Below, piece after piece: positions 40,283 to 49,124 of a DNA stretch of 64,000 nt (the first letter of the stretch is position 1; each line of letters starts with the position of its first letter). Position numbers and translations under genes: made by a program. The notes beneath the pieces are model-generated. The model had not been told where the DNA came from and did no database searches. It saw nothing but the letters and a program-made list of their open reading frames with translations. Source of the DNA: Candidatus Aminicenantes bacterium (GTDB lineage Bacteria; Acidobacteriota; Aminicenantia; Aminicenantales; JAFGBC01); the NCBI GenBank assembly GCA_963702005.1, contig OY969696.1, forward strand, positions 3,264,001-3,328,000, written 5' to 3'.

Positions 40283-40331
40283 GTCAGTAACGTTAATCGC
40301 CTTTGGCGGTCTAAGAGGTCCGTTCTGAGTT

Positions 40332-41486
40332 TCATAAGAACAGGAGCACGGACAAGACCGTTCCGAGCACGACAACCCAGAGAATGTCTGCTTTAAGGAG
40401 CAAAGCGACAAGCGCCCCGCCGGCGAGCAGAAGATGGGATATATCCCAATGGACGTTCAAGGCAAAACGTACGGTGACCGTCAAGAGCAGCCCTACAAAG
40501 GAACACAGCACACCGCCGATGATTTTATTGAAAGCGGGCGAAGCACGCAGACGGTCGAAATAAGGAGAGACGCCCACCACGACCATAAAAGAAGGCAAGA
40601 AGATGCTGACGGTGGCGACGACTCCGCCGAGCGGGCCGGCCAGCAGATAGCCTATGAATGTAGCGGTAATAACGATCGGCCCCGGCGTCACCTGTCCCAG
40701 AATAATCCCGTTCATGAACGTTGGGCCGTCCAACCAATGACGGACATGGACGATTTCGTGCAACATGAGAGGCACCGAAGCGAATCCGCCGCCGAAAGCG
40801 AACAGATCTATCCTGAACAGCAGGATTGCAAGGCTGAACAGAGTCCGGTCGAACAGGAAAAGCGCAAGGACGCCGATGGCGTAGACCGACAAGATAAACA
40901 AGATAGGCCTTACGGAAGGCGGGGTTCGCGGGGAAGGCTGAGGATGGATGGGCTTGGCTTGTTGGGGTTTGACGAGCGCTAATCCCGCCGCGGCGGCCAG
41001 TAGAATCACCAGGATTGGGTTCAGCTTGAGGGCGAACAATGCCGCCGCGCCGCCCGCGATGGCCAAGGACGTTCTGTCCCTCAAGGTGGTTTTTCCAAAA
41101 GACAGCGCGGCATTGGCCACGATGGCGACGATTATCGCTTGAAGGCCGCTGAAGGCCGAAATCATGATGGGAAGATCGTGAGCAAAGGAGTATACGGCGG
41201 CCAACGTCATCATTAAAAGAAAAGCGGGAAGGCCGAAGCCGATGAAACTCGCGCTCGCTCCGACGATACCCCGCAGTTTCAACCCCACATAAGCCGCCGT
41301 CTGCATGGCGGTCGCGCCGGGAATCATTTGACAAAGAGCGACGCCATCGTTGAAGGTTTCGGGGTCGAGCCAGCGTTTTTTTTCGACCGCCATTTTGCGG
41401 ATATAGGCGACCATGGAGGGGCCGCCGAAAGCGGTCGCACCCAAGCGCAAGAAGGAAGTGAATATCCGCCCTAACGATGGTTTCAG
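40332..41486 (-). CDS. chrA: Chromate efflux transporter (long form); start uncertain (CTG 41486 or TTG 41450)
   Basis: Two repeats with AFGGP / AFGGG, QMIPGA, GQVTPGP. Confidence 0.88.
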   Translation of the reverse strand: MKPSLGRIFTSFLRLGATAFGGPSMVAYIRKMAVEKKRWLDPETFNDGVALCQMIPGATAMQTAAYVGLKLRGIVGASASFIGFGLPAFLLMMTLAAVYSFAHDLPIMISAFSGLQAIIVAIVANAALSFGKTTLRDRTSLAIAGGAAALFALKLNPILVILLAAAAGLALVKPQQAKPIHPQPSPRTPPSVRPILFILSVYAIGVLALFLFDRTLFSLAILLFRIDLFAFGGGFASVPLMLHEIVHVRHWLDGPTFMNGIILGQVTPGPIVITATFIGYLLAGPLGGVVATVSIFLPSFMVVVGVSPYFDRLRASPAFNKIIGGVLCSFVGLLLTVTVRFALNVHWDISHLLLAGGALVALLLKADILWVVVLGTVLSVLLFL

Positions 41487-41528
41487 AGCCGCCTCACTGG
41501 GCCCGACGCGGCTAAGCGTTCCGCGGCC

Positions 41529-42740
41529 CTAAATATTTTCCAGTTTGTCCTTATCGGGGAGCTTCGGGAACGGCGCGTGAGGCTCCTGCTGGTACCAGAA
41601 AGCCACCGAAGCGATATCGTCCTGGAGAGGCAGGTAGCGCCCCCCCGACATCCAGCCCAGGGCCTGGATCGTGACTTTGAGATTCGTTTCGAACCTAATG
41701 GGGTCCATGATGTGCCAGCGGTAGAGGCCGAAGCGCTGTTGGACCTGATAGTGCCCGTCGCCGCGGATGACCTGGGGCAGCCCGCTGTAGGGCGTCGTGA
41801 ATTCGTGGTACTGGATGGAGCCGTCGGGCGCCTGGGCGTCAAAATCGTAAGAGCCGCAGAAGTAGTCCTCGGTCCCCGTGCCGCAGATCGTCGGAAACTC
41901 CTTGTCGCCGTCGATGTAGAATTTGATCTCGCCCTCGCCCCACCAGCCGTTGTTGTTGACGCCCCAGGCCAGATAAGTGCCGACGTATTGTCCCCAGCCT
42001 TTGACGCCGTCCAGGATTGTGTAGACGCCTTTATAAGGGAGGGGGTTGACGCGCCGGAATTGGGCGTGGAAATAGGCCGCGTCGGCCGGGACTTCGGTTT
42101 CCGTGTAGTTGATCTGGTAGTAGATCGAAAACTTGTCGTCGGCGATGTTCTCGAGCGTGATCTTGAATCCCTTACGGAAGGGCATCTCCCAGTAGCAATT
42201 GAAGGCGCTCCCCGGGTTGACGCAGACGGGAAGCGAGGAGATCTGGGCATACTGGCCCCAGCCGCAGGCGAAAAAGTCGCCCAGGGGGCATTCCACGGAC
42301 GGCTCGGTCTCGCCGTCCCAATAGAAGCGGATGATGGCGAAACGCCAGGTTCCGGCCGGGGTGCACCAGATCTGTTGGATCGCGCCCGAGCCCTTAACGT
42401 CGGCCATAACGAAGGTCTCCTTGGGCTTGAGCGTGACGTAAGGCGAGACCTTCCAACCCTGGCCGAGATCCCGGGCCGCGTTCTTAGCCGGGCCGTCGAC
42501 GGACATGCCCGCCTTGCCCTTTTCGCCGCTGAAATTCTCAGGGCTGACGGACCGCGTCTTGGCGTGGGACAGCCGGGACAGGTTGCTCAGACTCATTGAG
42601 AGACCCTTAAAGGTCTTTTCGTCCTGCTGACCGGAGCCGAGCGCAGCCAGGGTTGAAACGAGAACGGCCGTGACCAGGAATCCCAGGGCCGCCCTGAGCC
42701 AGGGTGAGACCCGCCGTTCCGAGCACGCTTGTTTCATCAT
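41529..42740 (-). CDS. DUF2961 / GH172-like glycoside hydrolase, exported
   Basis: RSVSPEN..GEKG, YWDGETEPSVECPLGDFF, WWGEGEIKFY.DGD, GTGTEDYF. Confidence 0.85.
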   Translation of the reverse strand: MMKQACSERRVSPWLRAALGFLVTAVLVSTLAALGSGQQDEKTFKGLSMSLSNLSRLSHAKTRSVSPENFSGEKGKAGMSVDGPAKNAARDLGQGWKVSPYVTLKPKETFVMADVKGSGAIQQIWCTPAGTWRFAIIRFYWDGETEPSVECPLGDFFACGWGQYAQISSLPVCVNPGSAFNCYWEMPFRKGFKITLENIADDKFSIYYQINYTETEVPADAAYFHAQFRRVNPLPYKGVYTILDGVKGWGQYVGTYLAWGVNNNGWWGEGEIKFYIDGDKEFPTICGTGTEDYFCGSYDFDAQAPDGSIQYHEFTTPYSGLPQVIRGDGHYQVQQRFGLYRWHIMDPIRFETNLKVTIQALGWMSGGRYLPLQDDIASVAFWYQQEPHAPFPKLPDKDKLENI

Positions 42741-42840
42741 ATCCTCCTCCTTTAACGGGTTTTATCACGGGTATCGGTTCGATACGCCGATCGCCCCATT
42801 GTAATCCTTCTGAATTCCGAGACACAAGATAAAAGGAGGA

Positions 42841-43461
42841 TTATCCGCGGTCCTCCGTTTTCGCCCGGATATATTTATGTTCAGTGCGCAGCGACCAAAC
42901 CGCCCATGCCGCGTATCCGAGTGAAGCGGGGCACCCGATGTAAGATAGTAAAAACGGGACCGTCGCGGTCCCGACCACAAACGGCCAGTGGTACACGAGT
43001 CTGAAGAGATGGAAGATCCCGACGAGGAAAAAGATCGCGCCGGAGACGATGAAGTAAAGCTTGTGAGCTAGGATAGAACCTCTACGGCGTCGAGCCTTCC
43101 GGAACTCAAGTAACTCCACCGGAGCGCCATTGTCCACGATCATGGCCGTTCTGACGCCTTCGGAAGGCTCGCTCACTTCGCCGAGAAGCCGCTTGCCCTT
43201 GATTTCGGCATCAAGATTGTCTACTTCAAAGGCGACATGAGGGACCGTCCTAATCAATTCCGAAATCGGGCTGTCGAGTTCGAAGCGCATCCACTCGATG
43301 CCGTAGGGACTGGTTTCGAAACCGGACACATATATTTTGTATGGCTCAAGATACCGTTCTCCGGGCTTGGGCTTGTCAGTGGGAATGCCCAGGTGATGAT
43401 ATCGCCATCCCTTGGCGGCGACGGCGGGCGGTTCATCATCATTTCGACGAGCTTGTGGCAT
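42841..43461 (-). CDS. VOC/glyoxalase-like domain fused to a small 2-TM module
   Basis: YHHLGIPT, PHVAFEVDNL, GAPVELLEF, then a hydrophobic tail; AAGGAG before ATG. Confidence 0.7.
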   Translation of the reverse strand: MPQARRNDDEPPAVAAKGWRYHHLGIPTDKPKPGERYLEPYKIYVSGFETSPYGIEWMRFELDSPISELIRTVPHVAFEVDNLDAEIKGKRLLGEVSEPSEGVRTAMIVDNGAPVELLEFRKARRRRGSILAHKLYFIVSGAIFFLVGIFHLFRLVYHWPFVVGTATVPFLLSYIGCPASLGYAAWAVWSLRTEHKYIRAKTEDRG

Positions 43462-43477
43462 GCTTTTTCTCCTTTGG

Positions 43478-43522
43478 TCATGTCCGGCACCTTAAGCCGC
43501 AATAAGCGATCATCTCTTTCAT
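43478..43522 (-). pseudogene. 14-codon remnant resembling a DUF3795 N-terminus
   Basis: MKEMIAYCGLRCRT*P matches the IAYCGLxCxxCP pattern. Confidence 0.45.
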
Positions 43523-43538
43523 GGGTTAGTGTGCAGGA

Positions 43539-44126
43539 TTATAGTATTAGCTCATATTCTATGACTTCCGGAACCAGGCTGTCATCTTTCTTAATAATCG
43601 ACTTCATTTTGAAGCCGATCGACGCGTACATTTTTTGTGCCGGTTTGAAGAACTCGATATTGCCTGTTTTTGCAATGATCTTTGATGGTTTCATATTTTT
43701 AATAATATCTATTCCTAACAGCAACTGCTCCACGCCTTTGCCGCGACCCTTGAATTTCTCGATAATGCAATTATGGCCTATTTCTACTGAAACAGGCATA
43801 TTCCTCGGGTCCCATGACATAAATCCAGTTATATCCGTATCATCCAAAGTCAAACCCTCGACTCCCCGGCATGAATGCCGGGGCTTGGTCAGGGTTAACC
43901 CTGAGCCGCGCTTCTCATCCCCGCCTTGAAAGGCGGGGCTTAGCGTCGGCGAACGGGTGACAAACCCACAGACATTCATGAATGAAAGATTGTCGAAAAC
44001 GAAGGAATCGAATTCCTGCCAACTATCCCTGTAGAGTTTCGATAATTCTTGGGATGTGGAATACGCGTCAAGAAGCAGATTGAATAGCGTTCCTCTTTTT
44101 GTTTCGGAGAAACGTTGTATCCTCAT
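43539..44126 (-). CDS. GNAT N-acetyltransferase carrying a 36-aa in-frame insertion
   Basis: GFMSWDPR, IGHNCI..KFKGRGKG, PAQKMYASIGF; AT-rich except for the insert. Confidence 0.8.
   Translation of the reverse strand: MRIQRFSETKRGTLFNLLLDAYSTSQELSKLYRDSWQEFDSFVFDNLSFMNVCGFVTRSPTLSPAFQGGDEKRGSGLTLTKPRHSCRGVEGLTLDDTDITGFMSWDPRNMPVSVEIGHNCIIEKFKGRGKGVEQLLLGIDIIKNMKPSKIIAKTGNIEFFKPAQKMYASIGFKMKSIIKKDDSLVPEVIEYELIL
43848..43961. mobile_element. Non-autonomous palindromic element (MITE/PATE-like) inserted in frame
   Basis: Hairpins CCCCGGCAT-GA-ATGCCGGGG (43864-83), TCAGGGTTAACCCTGA (43889-904), CCCCGCCTT-GA-AAGGCGGGG (43919-38); GTCA...TGAC ends. Confidence 0.8.
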
Positions 44127-44623
44127 AACGCAAGGATTGACTTCAAATCCGCTCCCCAGGCCTTCGCCCGCTCCAGCTCTCCGTCGCGTAGCGGGCCGTA
44201 TTTCCCCTTCACGATGAAGCGCTGAGCCTTCGCGATCGGCCGGTATCCCGCGCCCTCCAGCCCGCGAGCAATCGCTCCCGTGGCGCGCCCGGGCGAAATC
44301 TTAAGTCGGGTCTCGAACACCGCCGACCGGCCGCTCCCCTTGGGGAGCGCGTCAAGCCAAGAGCGCATCGACGGCTGCGAGAGGTCGGGCGCCACCCGCT
44401 CCCTTGCCGCGCTCGCGCCGATCGTCTTGAGCATCTTGTCCGTCGGAAGCCTGAAGCCCAGCACCGGAGCTCCGGCCACGATGAGGTCCGCGCCCGCTAT
44501 CGCCGCCCCCGTGGCCTGAGCGGTCGAGAGCGCTTGCGCCCCGGCGCCGATTCCTTCCACGATGGCGCGGGCGACGGCTGCGGTGTTTCCCCAGAGAGAT
44601 TCATACACGACGATGGCTCTCAT
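44123..44623 (-). CDS. Flavodoxin family protein
   Basis: VVYESLWGNT, AVFETR, GPLRDGELERAKAWG. Confidence 0.85.
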   Translation of the reverse strand: MRAIVVYESLWGNTAAVARAIVEGIGAGAQALSTAQATGAAIAGADLIVAGAPVLGFRLPTDKMLKTIGASAARERVAPDLSQPSMRSWLDALPKGSGRSAVFETRLKISPGRATGAIARGLEGAGYRPIAKAQRFIVKGKYGPLRDGELERAKAWGADLKSILAL

Positions 44624-44795
44624 GGCGTTCACCTTTCAAGGACCATCTTATCTTTTTAATTCTTTAAATTCCAGATATCTCCTATATTTCGTCCATAAGC
44701 GAGAGCGAACTAAAATACGTCGTGAGCATCAGTCGTTGACCTCTCACCGCGGCCAGCGCTATACTTCAGCCTAAGTGAGGGTTTAGGAGAGAGAA

Positions 44796-46228
44796 ATGTC
44801 TTATCAACGGCTAACAGGTTTTGCCATCCTGACTTGTGCTTTCGCCGCGGTCCTGGCACTCGCGTCCGACCTCCGGGCCGCGACCTATTATGTCGCGCCC
44901 AACGGCAACGACAAAAACCCCGGGACATCGTCCAAGCCCTGGGCAAGCCCGGCCTACGGGTCGCGCCGGATGAAATCGGGCGACACGCTGATCATCCGGA
45001 AAGGCCACTACATCATCAGCGTCTACGACGACGACATCATGTATCCCCCTCGGGCACGTCGGCCGCCTGGACGATCATCAAGGGAGAAGACGGGGCGCGT
45101 CCCGTCATCGCCGGCCGCGACGACCTATTCGCCGCCATCAACCTCGCCGGAAAGAAATATATTCGGGTCGAAAACCTGGAGATCACCCACGACGATCAAG
45201 TCAGCGGAGAGAAGCTCTACTTCCGGACCGGAATCACAATCTCCGGCGCCCCCTCGCGCTCGATCGTCCTCGAAAAGCTCTATATCCATCATGTCGACGA
45301 GGGCGGGGTCGACATGCAGGATGTCGAGGACATCCAGATCCTGAACAGCCGGATCGAGTATTGCGGGTTCGGCGCCGTCGGGGGGCCGGAGGGGACGGCC
45401 GGGGGCATCCGGAACCTTCTCATCCAGAACTGCACGCTGTCCTACGGCGGCCATTACTACCGGGGCGGAAACGGCAAGGACCGGCCCTATGACCGGCCGG
45501 ACGGGTTCGGCATCGAGCCGTCCGACGGCCCGATCCAGATCATCGACACGCGCGCCGAACACAACTACGGCGACGGGCTGGACTCCAAGTCGAAGAACAC
45601 GACGGTGCGGCGATGCATCGTCGCCAACAATTCCTGCGACGGGGTCAAGTTCTGGGGCGACAACAGCGTCGTCGAGAACACGCTGATCTACGGGCGGGGC
45701 GACGGCAACTCGACCACGACGCCCTGGGCCGCGATCGTCATCGGCACCAACCAGGAGGACGCGACCTTCGCCGTGACCAACGTCACCGTGGACGATTATC
45801 TGGGAAAGAACTATTTAATCTATGTTCAGTACGACGAAACCGCCCATATCAACCTCAACATCCGAAATACCATTTTCCGCGGCATGGGGACCAACTGCCC
45901 GATGTTTATCGGGAATGCGGGCGAAGTGACCCTTAAGGCGGATCACAACCTGTTTTATCTGCCGAAGAATGCGATTATCTTGAGCCATGGCGGGAAGGAC
46001 TATACAAAGGCCAACATCAAGTCCTTGGGCGCGGGCAATCTATACGGGGATCCGAAGTTCATGGCCCCCGCCTGGGGGAAAACCGGCAACTATCATCTGA
46101 AGAGCGGCAGCCCGGCGATCAATCACGGGACGGCCGTCGGCGCGCCCAAGAATGACCTGGACAAGAAAAAGCGCGACACTAAGCCGGATATTGGAGCTTA
46201 CGAATTCGTGACGAACGGCCGGAAGTAG
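44796..46228 (+). CDS. Secreted right-handed beta-helix protein (frameshift at C5 run 45045-45049)
   Basis: Signal peptide + TYYVAPNGND..PGT..KPW joins the downstream frame with one extra C; ends YHLKSGSPAI..G...PDIGAYE; upstream TTGACC-N18-TATACT. Confidence 0.8.
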
Positions 46229-46235
46229 ACGATCG

Positions 46236-47108
46236 TTATTTTCTCAGGGCCTCGATCTTTTCCGGAGTGGCCAGGATGGCGCGGACGACATCGACGGCCA
46301 GGTAGGCGACGACGAACCCGATATAACTCAGGAAAGGCACCAGTCCCGACAAGACGATGATCCGGCCCGTGTACCATGCCCTCTTCCAGTCGGCCAGGAG
46401 ACGGTACTGAGAGCCAAAGATTCCAAAGGCGTCAATGGCCAGCAGCACAAAACCGGCTACGATCCCGATCCCGAAAAGGATCGGGACTAAGCGCATGAAG
46501 CCCTTGATGAATAGAACGATGATTCCGATCGCCTCCTGGCCGGCCGAATTCTTGCCCCCCGTCTCGGTGGATACGGTTTCCGGATTGAACACGACGATGG
46601 CAAAAAGCTCGAGCAGGATGAAAAGGGCCGCGCCGGCCAGAATGAACCGGATTCCCGCGCCCTGGATCGACCGGATCGCGCCCAGGACGATCGCGATCAG
46701 GCCTCCGATGACGGCCAAGAGCCCGAGGCAGTCGTGGAAGGCCCTGGAGGTAAGCGAGCTGGGATTGTTCTCGATCAGCGAGTCCCCGGTCGTAGCGAAA
46801 CGGTGGGCGGCGTACTGAACGACAAGGATGAGAACGACCCAGGCGATTCCGTAAAGGAATGCGGAGAAAGAGTCGAGGCGAATGGCCACGATGAGCGAGA
46901 AGATAAAGCCGAGAGCCGCGGCGGCCAGAAGTCCGACATGGCCGATCCGGAATATCCAGCGGACGGCGAAATCCAGAACTTTGCGATTGAGCAGGTCTTT
47001 GGTCGAAGCCAGGACTTTCTCCAGGACGGCAACACCCCACAGCCGGACAGCCTTCGTCTTGTCTTGCGTCTTGTCTTGCGTCTTGTCTTGCTTTTTTTCT
47101 TGAACCAT
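46236..47108 (-). CDS. Hypothetical multi-TM membrane protein
   Basis: About 6 hydrophobic segments; AGGAGG before ATG. Confidence 0.75.
   Translation of the reverse strand: MVQEKKQDKTQDKTQDKTKAVRLWGVAVLEKVLASTKDLLNRKVLDFAVRWIFRIGHVGLLAAAALGFIFSLIVAIRLDSFSAFLYGIAWVVLILVVQYAAHRFATTGDSLIENNPSSLTSRAFHDCLGLLAVIGGLIAIVLGAIRSIQGAGIRFILAGAALFILLELFAIVVFNPETVSTETGGKNSAGQEAIGIIVLFIKGFMRLVPILFGIGIVAGFVLLAIDAFGIFGSQYRLLADWKRAWYTGRIIVLSGLVPFLSYIGFVVAYLAVDVVRAILATPEKIEALRK
47055..47090. repeat. 12-bp tandem repeat x3 encoding (QDKT)3
   Basis: CGTCTTGTCTTG repeated three times perfectly. Confidence 0.9.
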
Positions 47109-47254
47109 TGTTCCCTCCTAAATGTGTTTCTATTATACGTCAAGCGGGATCACGGCGGTCAATCCCACTTCATATTTATGCCTTTCAACATATTTTTTCA
47201 CTCGATAGTATTTAGTTCCAGATACCTTATCTTCGGACGGCGCGCACACCAGAC

Positions 47255-47758
47255 CTAGTCGGGGCCGGAAACGCGCAGCATGAACGTCTGCCGCCCGACC
47301 AAAGCCGGGCTCCATCGCCGCGGCGGCTGGAGGAACACTTGGGTCAACTTCGCGAGCAGCACGGACACAGGGAGCTCCCACCGTGAGATCGGGCGAAACC
47401 CAAAGTGGGCGAAGTAGCTCGGCTTAAGAGTGGCGAGCCATACACGGCTTATGTTAGCCTGGCCGGCGCGGGCGAGGCTTGCCTCCACCAACAGGCGACC
47501 GATCCCTCGCCCTTGCGCGGCGGGCTGGACTGCCACCGAAAGGATCTCCGCAAGATGCGCCGCATATTGATGCAGCGCGGCGCAGCCAACCATCCGATCA
47601 GAGCTGTCGCGTGCCACCAGAAAGTCGGAGAGCCGCATCTGGACGTTGGCCGGTGAACGCCGAAAGAGCGAGGGATCGGCCTGATTGGCCCGGAGGACGG
47701 CCACTATGTCGTCGACATCGCACTGAGCAGCGGGGTGAACCGTGATGGTATCAACCAT
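47255..47758 (-). CDS. GNAT acetyltransferase (ArgA-like); starts like a cassette gene
   Basis: VGCAALH, AEILSVAV.P..QGRGIG, YFAHFGF; GTTAGGC then AGAGGA precede ATG. Confidence 0.85.
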   Translation of the reverse strand: MVDTITVHPAAQCDVDDIVAVLRANQADPSLFRRSPANVQMRLSDFLVARDSSDRMVGCAALHQYAAHLAEILSVAVQPAAQGRGIGRLLVEASLARAGQANISRVWLATLKPSYFAHFGFRPISRWELPVSVLLAKLTQVFLQPPRRWSPALVGRQTFMLRVSGPD

Positions 47759-47787
47759 GGTCCTCTATCCGCTGTTGCCTAACAATG

Positions 47788-47815
47788 ATTATACAGACTG
47801 TATAAGTCGAGTCAA
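47788..47815 (-). promoter_or_regulatory. Near-consensus sigma70 promoter with overlapping palindrome, inside the array
   Basis: TTGACT-N16-TATAAT; TTATACAG-A-CTGTATAA at 47789-47805. Confidence 0.65.
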
Positions 47816-47850
47816 CGCCCATCGCCAAACCTCCGTGTCCTGAGTTGGTT

Positions 47851-47916
47851 ATCTAACGTTAAGGCTCGCCAGCAGTCACGCCTTCTCAGGCCATCCGATG
47901 AAGCCTGTTGTTAAAG
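47851..47916 (-). other. attC site (66 bp)
   Basis: CTTTAAC AACAGGCTTCA...GAGCCTTAAC GTTAGAT; includes the TAA stop of the upstream gene. Confidence 0.8.
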
Positions 47917-48279
47917 CTTTTTCTCAATGAACCCGATTGCAAGATCAAGCTCCTCAATAATGCGCGGACGTACTTTTGGAATAGAAATCCATGTTGCTTT
48001 CAACGCTTTCAACATACGCAATGAATAGGGGTAATAACGCTTGAAATTGCGGAGTTCGTAAATGATGGCTGCTTGGCGATCTACGAACATTGAACCACCT
48101 TCCTTCTCCGGTTCAACGAGTTCCTTAACAAGCTTGTGATATACTTCAAATTCTTTCCAGTAACGTGTAGCTCTGCGCTCAATGTGAAACTTGTAGATAC
48201 CGAAACTAAAAGCAACAGCAGCGCCCAAGGCGCTCATCTGAGTACCATAAAGTTTAAGCAACTCTAATAATGCATTCAT
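47911..48279 (-). CDS. Cassette-encoded hypothetical protein with one N-terminal TM
   Basis: AT-rich ORF bounded by GTTAAAG and CTTTAAC; GGAG ribosome site. Confidence 0.75.
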   Translation of the reverse strand: MNALLELLKLYGTQMSALGAAVAFSFGIYKFHIERRATRYWKEFEVYHKLVKELVEPEKEGGSMFVDRQAAIIYELRNFKRYYPYSLRMLKALKATWISIPKVRPRIIEELDLAIGFIEKKL

Positions 48280-48294
48280 TGGCTCTCCAATAGG

Positions 48295-48381
48295 CTTTAA
48301 CGGCTAACCTAACCGGCGCACCGCAGAGCTCGAGCACTAGAAAAAACCCGAGGACGCGTTCGATTGAGCAAATTGTTCGGC
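48295..48381 (-). other. attC site (87 bp)
   Basis: GCCGAAC AATTTGCTCAATCG...GCGCCGGTTAGGTTAGCC GTTAAAG. Confidence 0.75.
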
Positions 48382-48386
48382 GAAAT

Positions 48387-49109
48387 TTACATGAATTTTC
48401 TTCGCCTGAATGCTTGGACATCCTCTCTCGATAGTTCGAACCACTCACCGCCCTTTCTCTTAGCTTCGAACCGCCCATGCCAGTATGCCTCAATGCCGGG
48501 CGGATCGTCTGTCTTTATACTATGAATTATTCTCGCAGGTTTGGGAAGTTGTATCCCCAACTCGTACTCTCTTCTTCCAAGGGAATTGCTTCTGCCAATC
48601 TTGTAGTAACGCCCAGATTTCATAAGGTATACGTACCCGAAAGTTGGCGTAGCCGGTGAGCCTTGACCTGGCCTCGAAGTACCAGCTGCGGCCGAAAGAG
48701 GGCTGCATGTTTTGATGACATCTTCATAGCCGATCCTCGCAGAACAGTACTCTACTATTTTGTTAGCCAGCTCCGCCTTGTTTCCGAGCCGTTGGAAGGT
48801 CTTTTCATTGGGAAACGTCTTGTCAGTCCATGTCTTCAGTCTAAGCTCGTTCCGAACGGGGAAGTGACCCAATTCTCTAATCAAGAAGATAAGTCGCTCA
48901 AGCAACCACTCCTGGTTATACGATTTTTGCATCGTGTTAGGGGAAAAACCGGCTTCACGAACCGCGTCGCTCCATCGAATCCAGTACTTTCCGGACCAAT
49001 CCGATTCCTTAAGGCCCGTTTCCGCCTCAAATCTTTTTTTTCCGAGAGGCTGGCCGTTATTCTGTTGGGCCATTCGTACTATTTCATCGAGAATGTGTTT
49101 CTTTTCCAT
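48387..49109 (-). CDS. GIY-YIG (T5orf172/MUG113-type) nuclease with N-terminal helical repeats
   Basis: GYVYLMKSGRYYKIGRS, EAYWHGRF...GEWFEL. Confidence 0.85.
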   Translation of the reverse strand: MEKKHILDEIVRMAQQNNGQPLGKKRFEAETGLKESDWSGKYWIRWSDAVREAGFSPNTMQKSYNQEWLLERLIFLIRELGHFPVRNELRLKTWTDKTFPNEKTFQRLGNKAELANKIVEYCSARIGYEDVIKTCSPLSAAAGTSRPGQGSPATPTFGYVYLMKSGRYYKIGRSNSLGRREYELGIQLPKPARIIHSIKTDDPPGIEAYWHGRFEAKRKGGEWFELSREDVQAFRRRKFM

Positions 49110-49124
49110 ATCATTAGCTATGTC

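Noticed and set aside
40283-40331. attC after chrA (CAGAAC...GTTACTG)
   Set aside because: Too short, with no convincing L boxes and no matching core at the gene start.
43523-44135. AT-rich GNAT as an integron cassette (GTTATGA start, CACTAAC after stop)
   Set aside because: The cores are not complementary and no attC hairpin follows; at most a decayed remnant.
47789-47805. LexA (CTGT-N8-ACAG) SOS box
   Set aside because: The half-sites are in the opposite arrangement (ACAG-A-CTGT); kept only as an unassigned palindrome.
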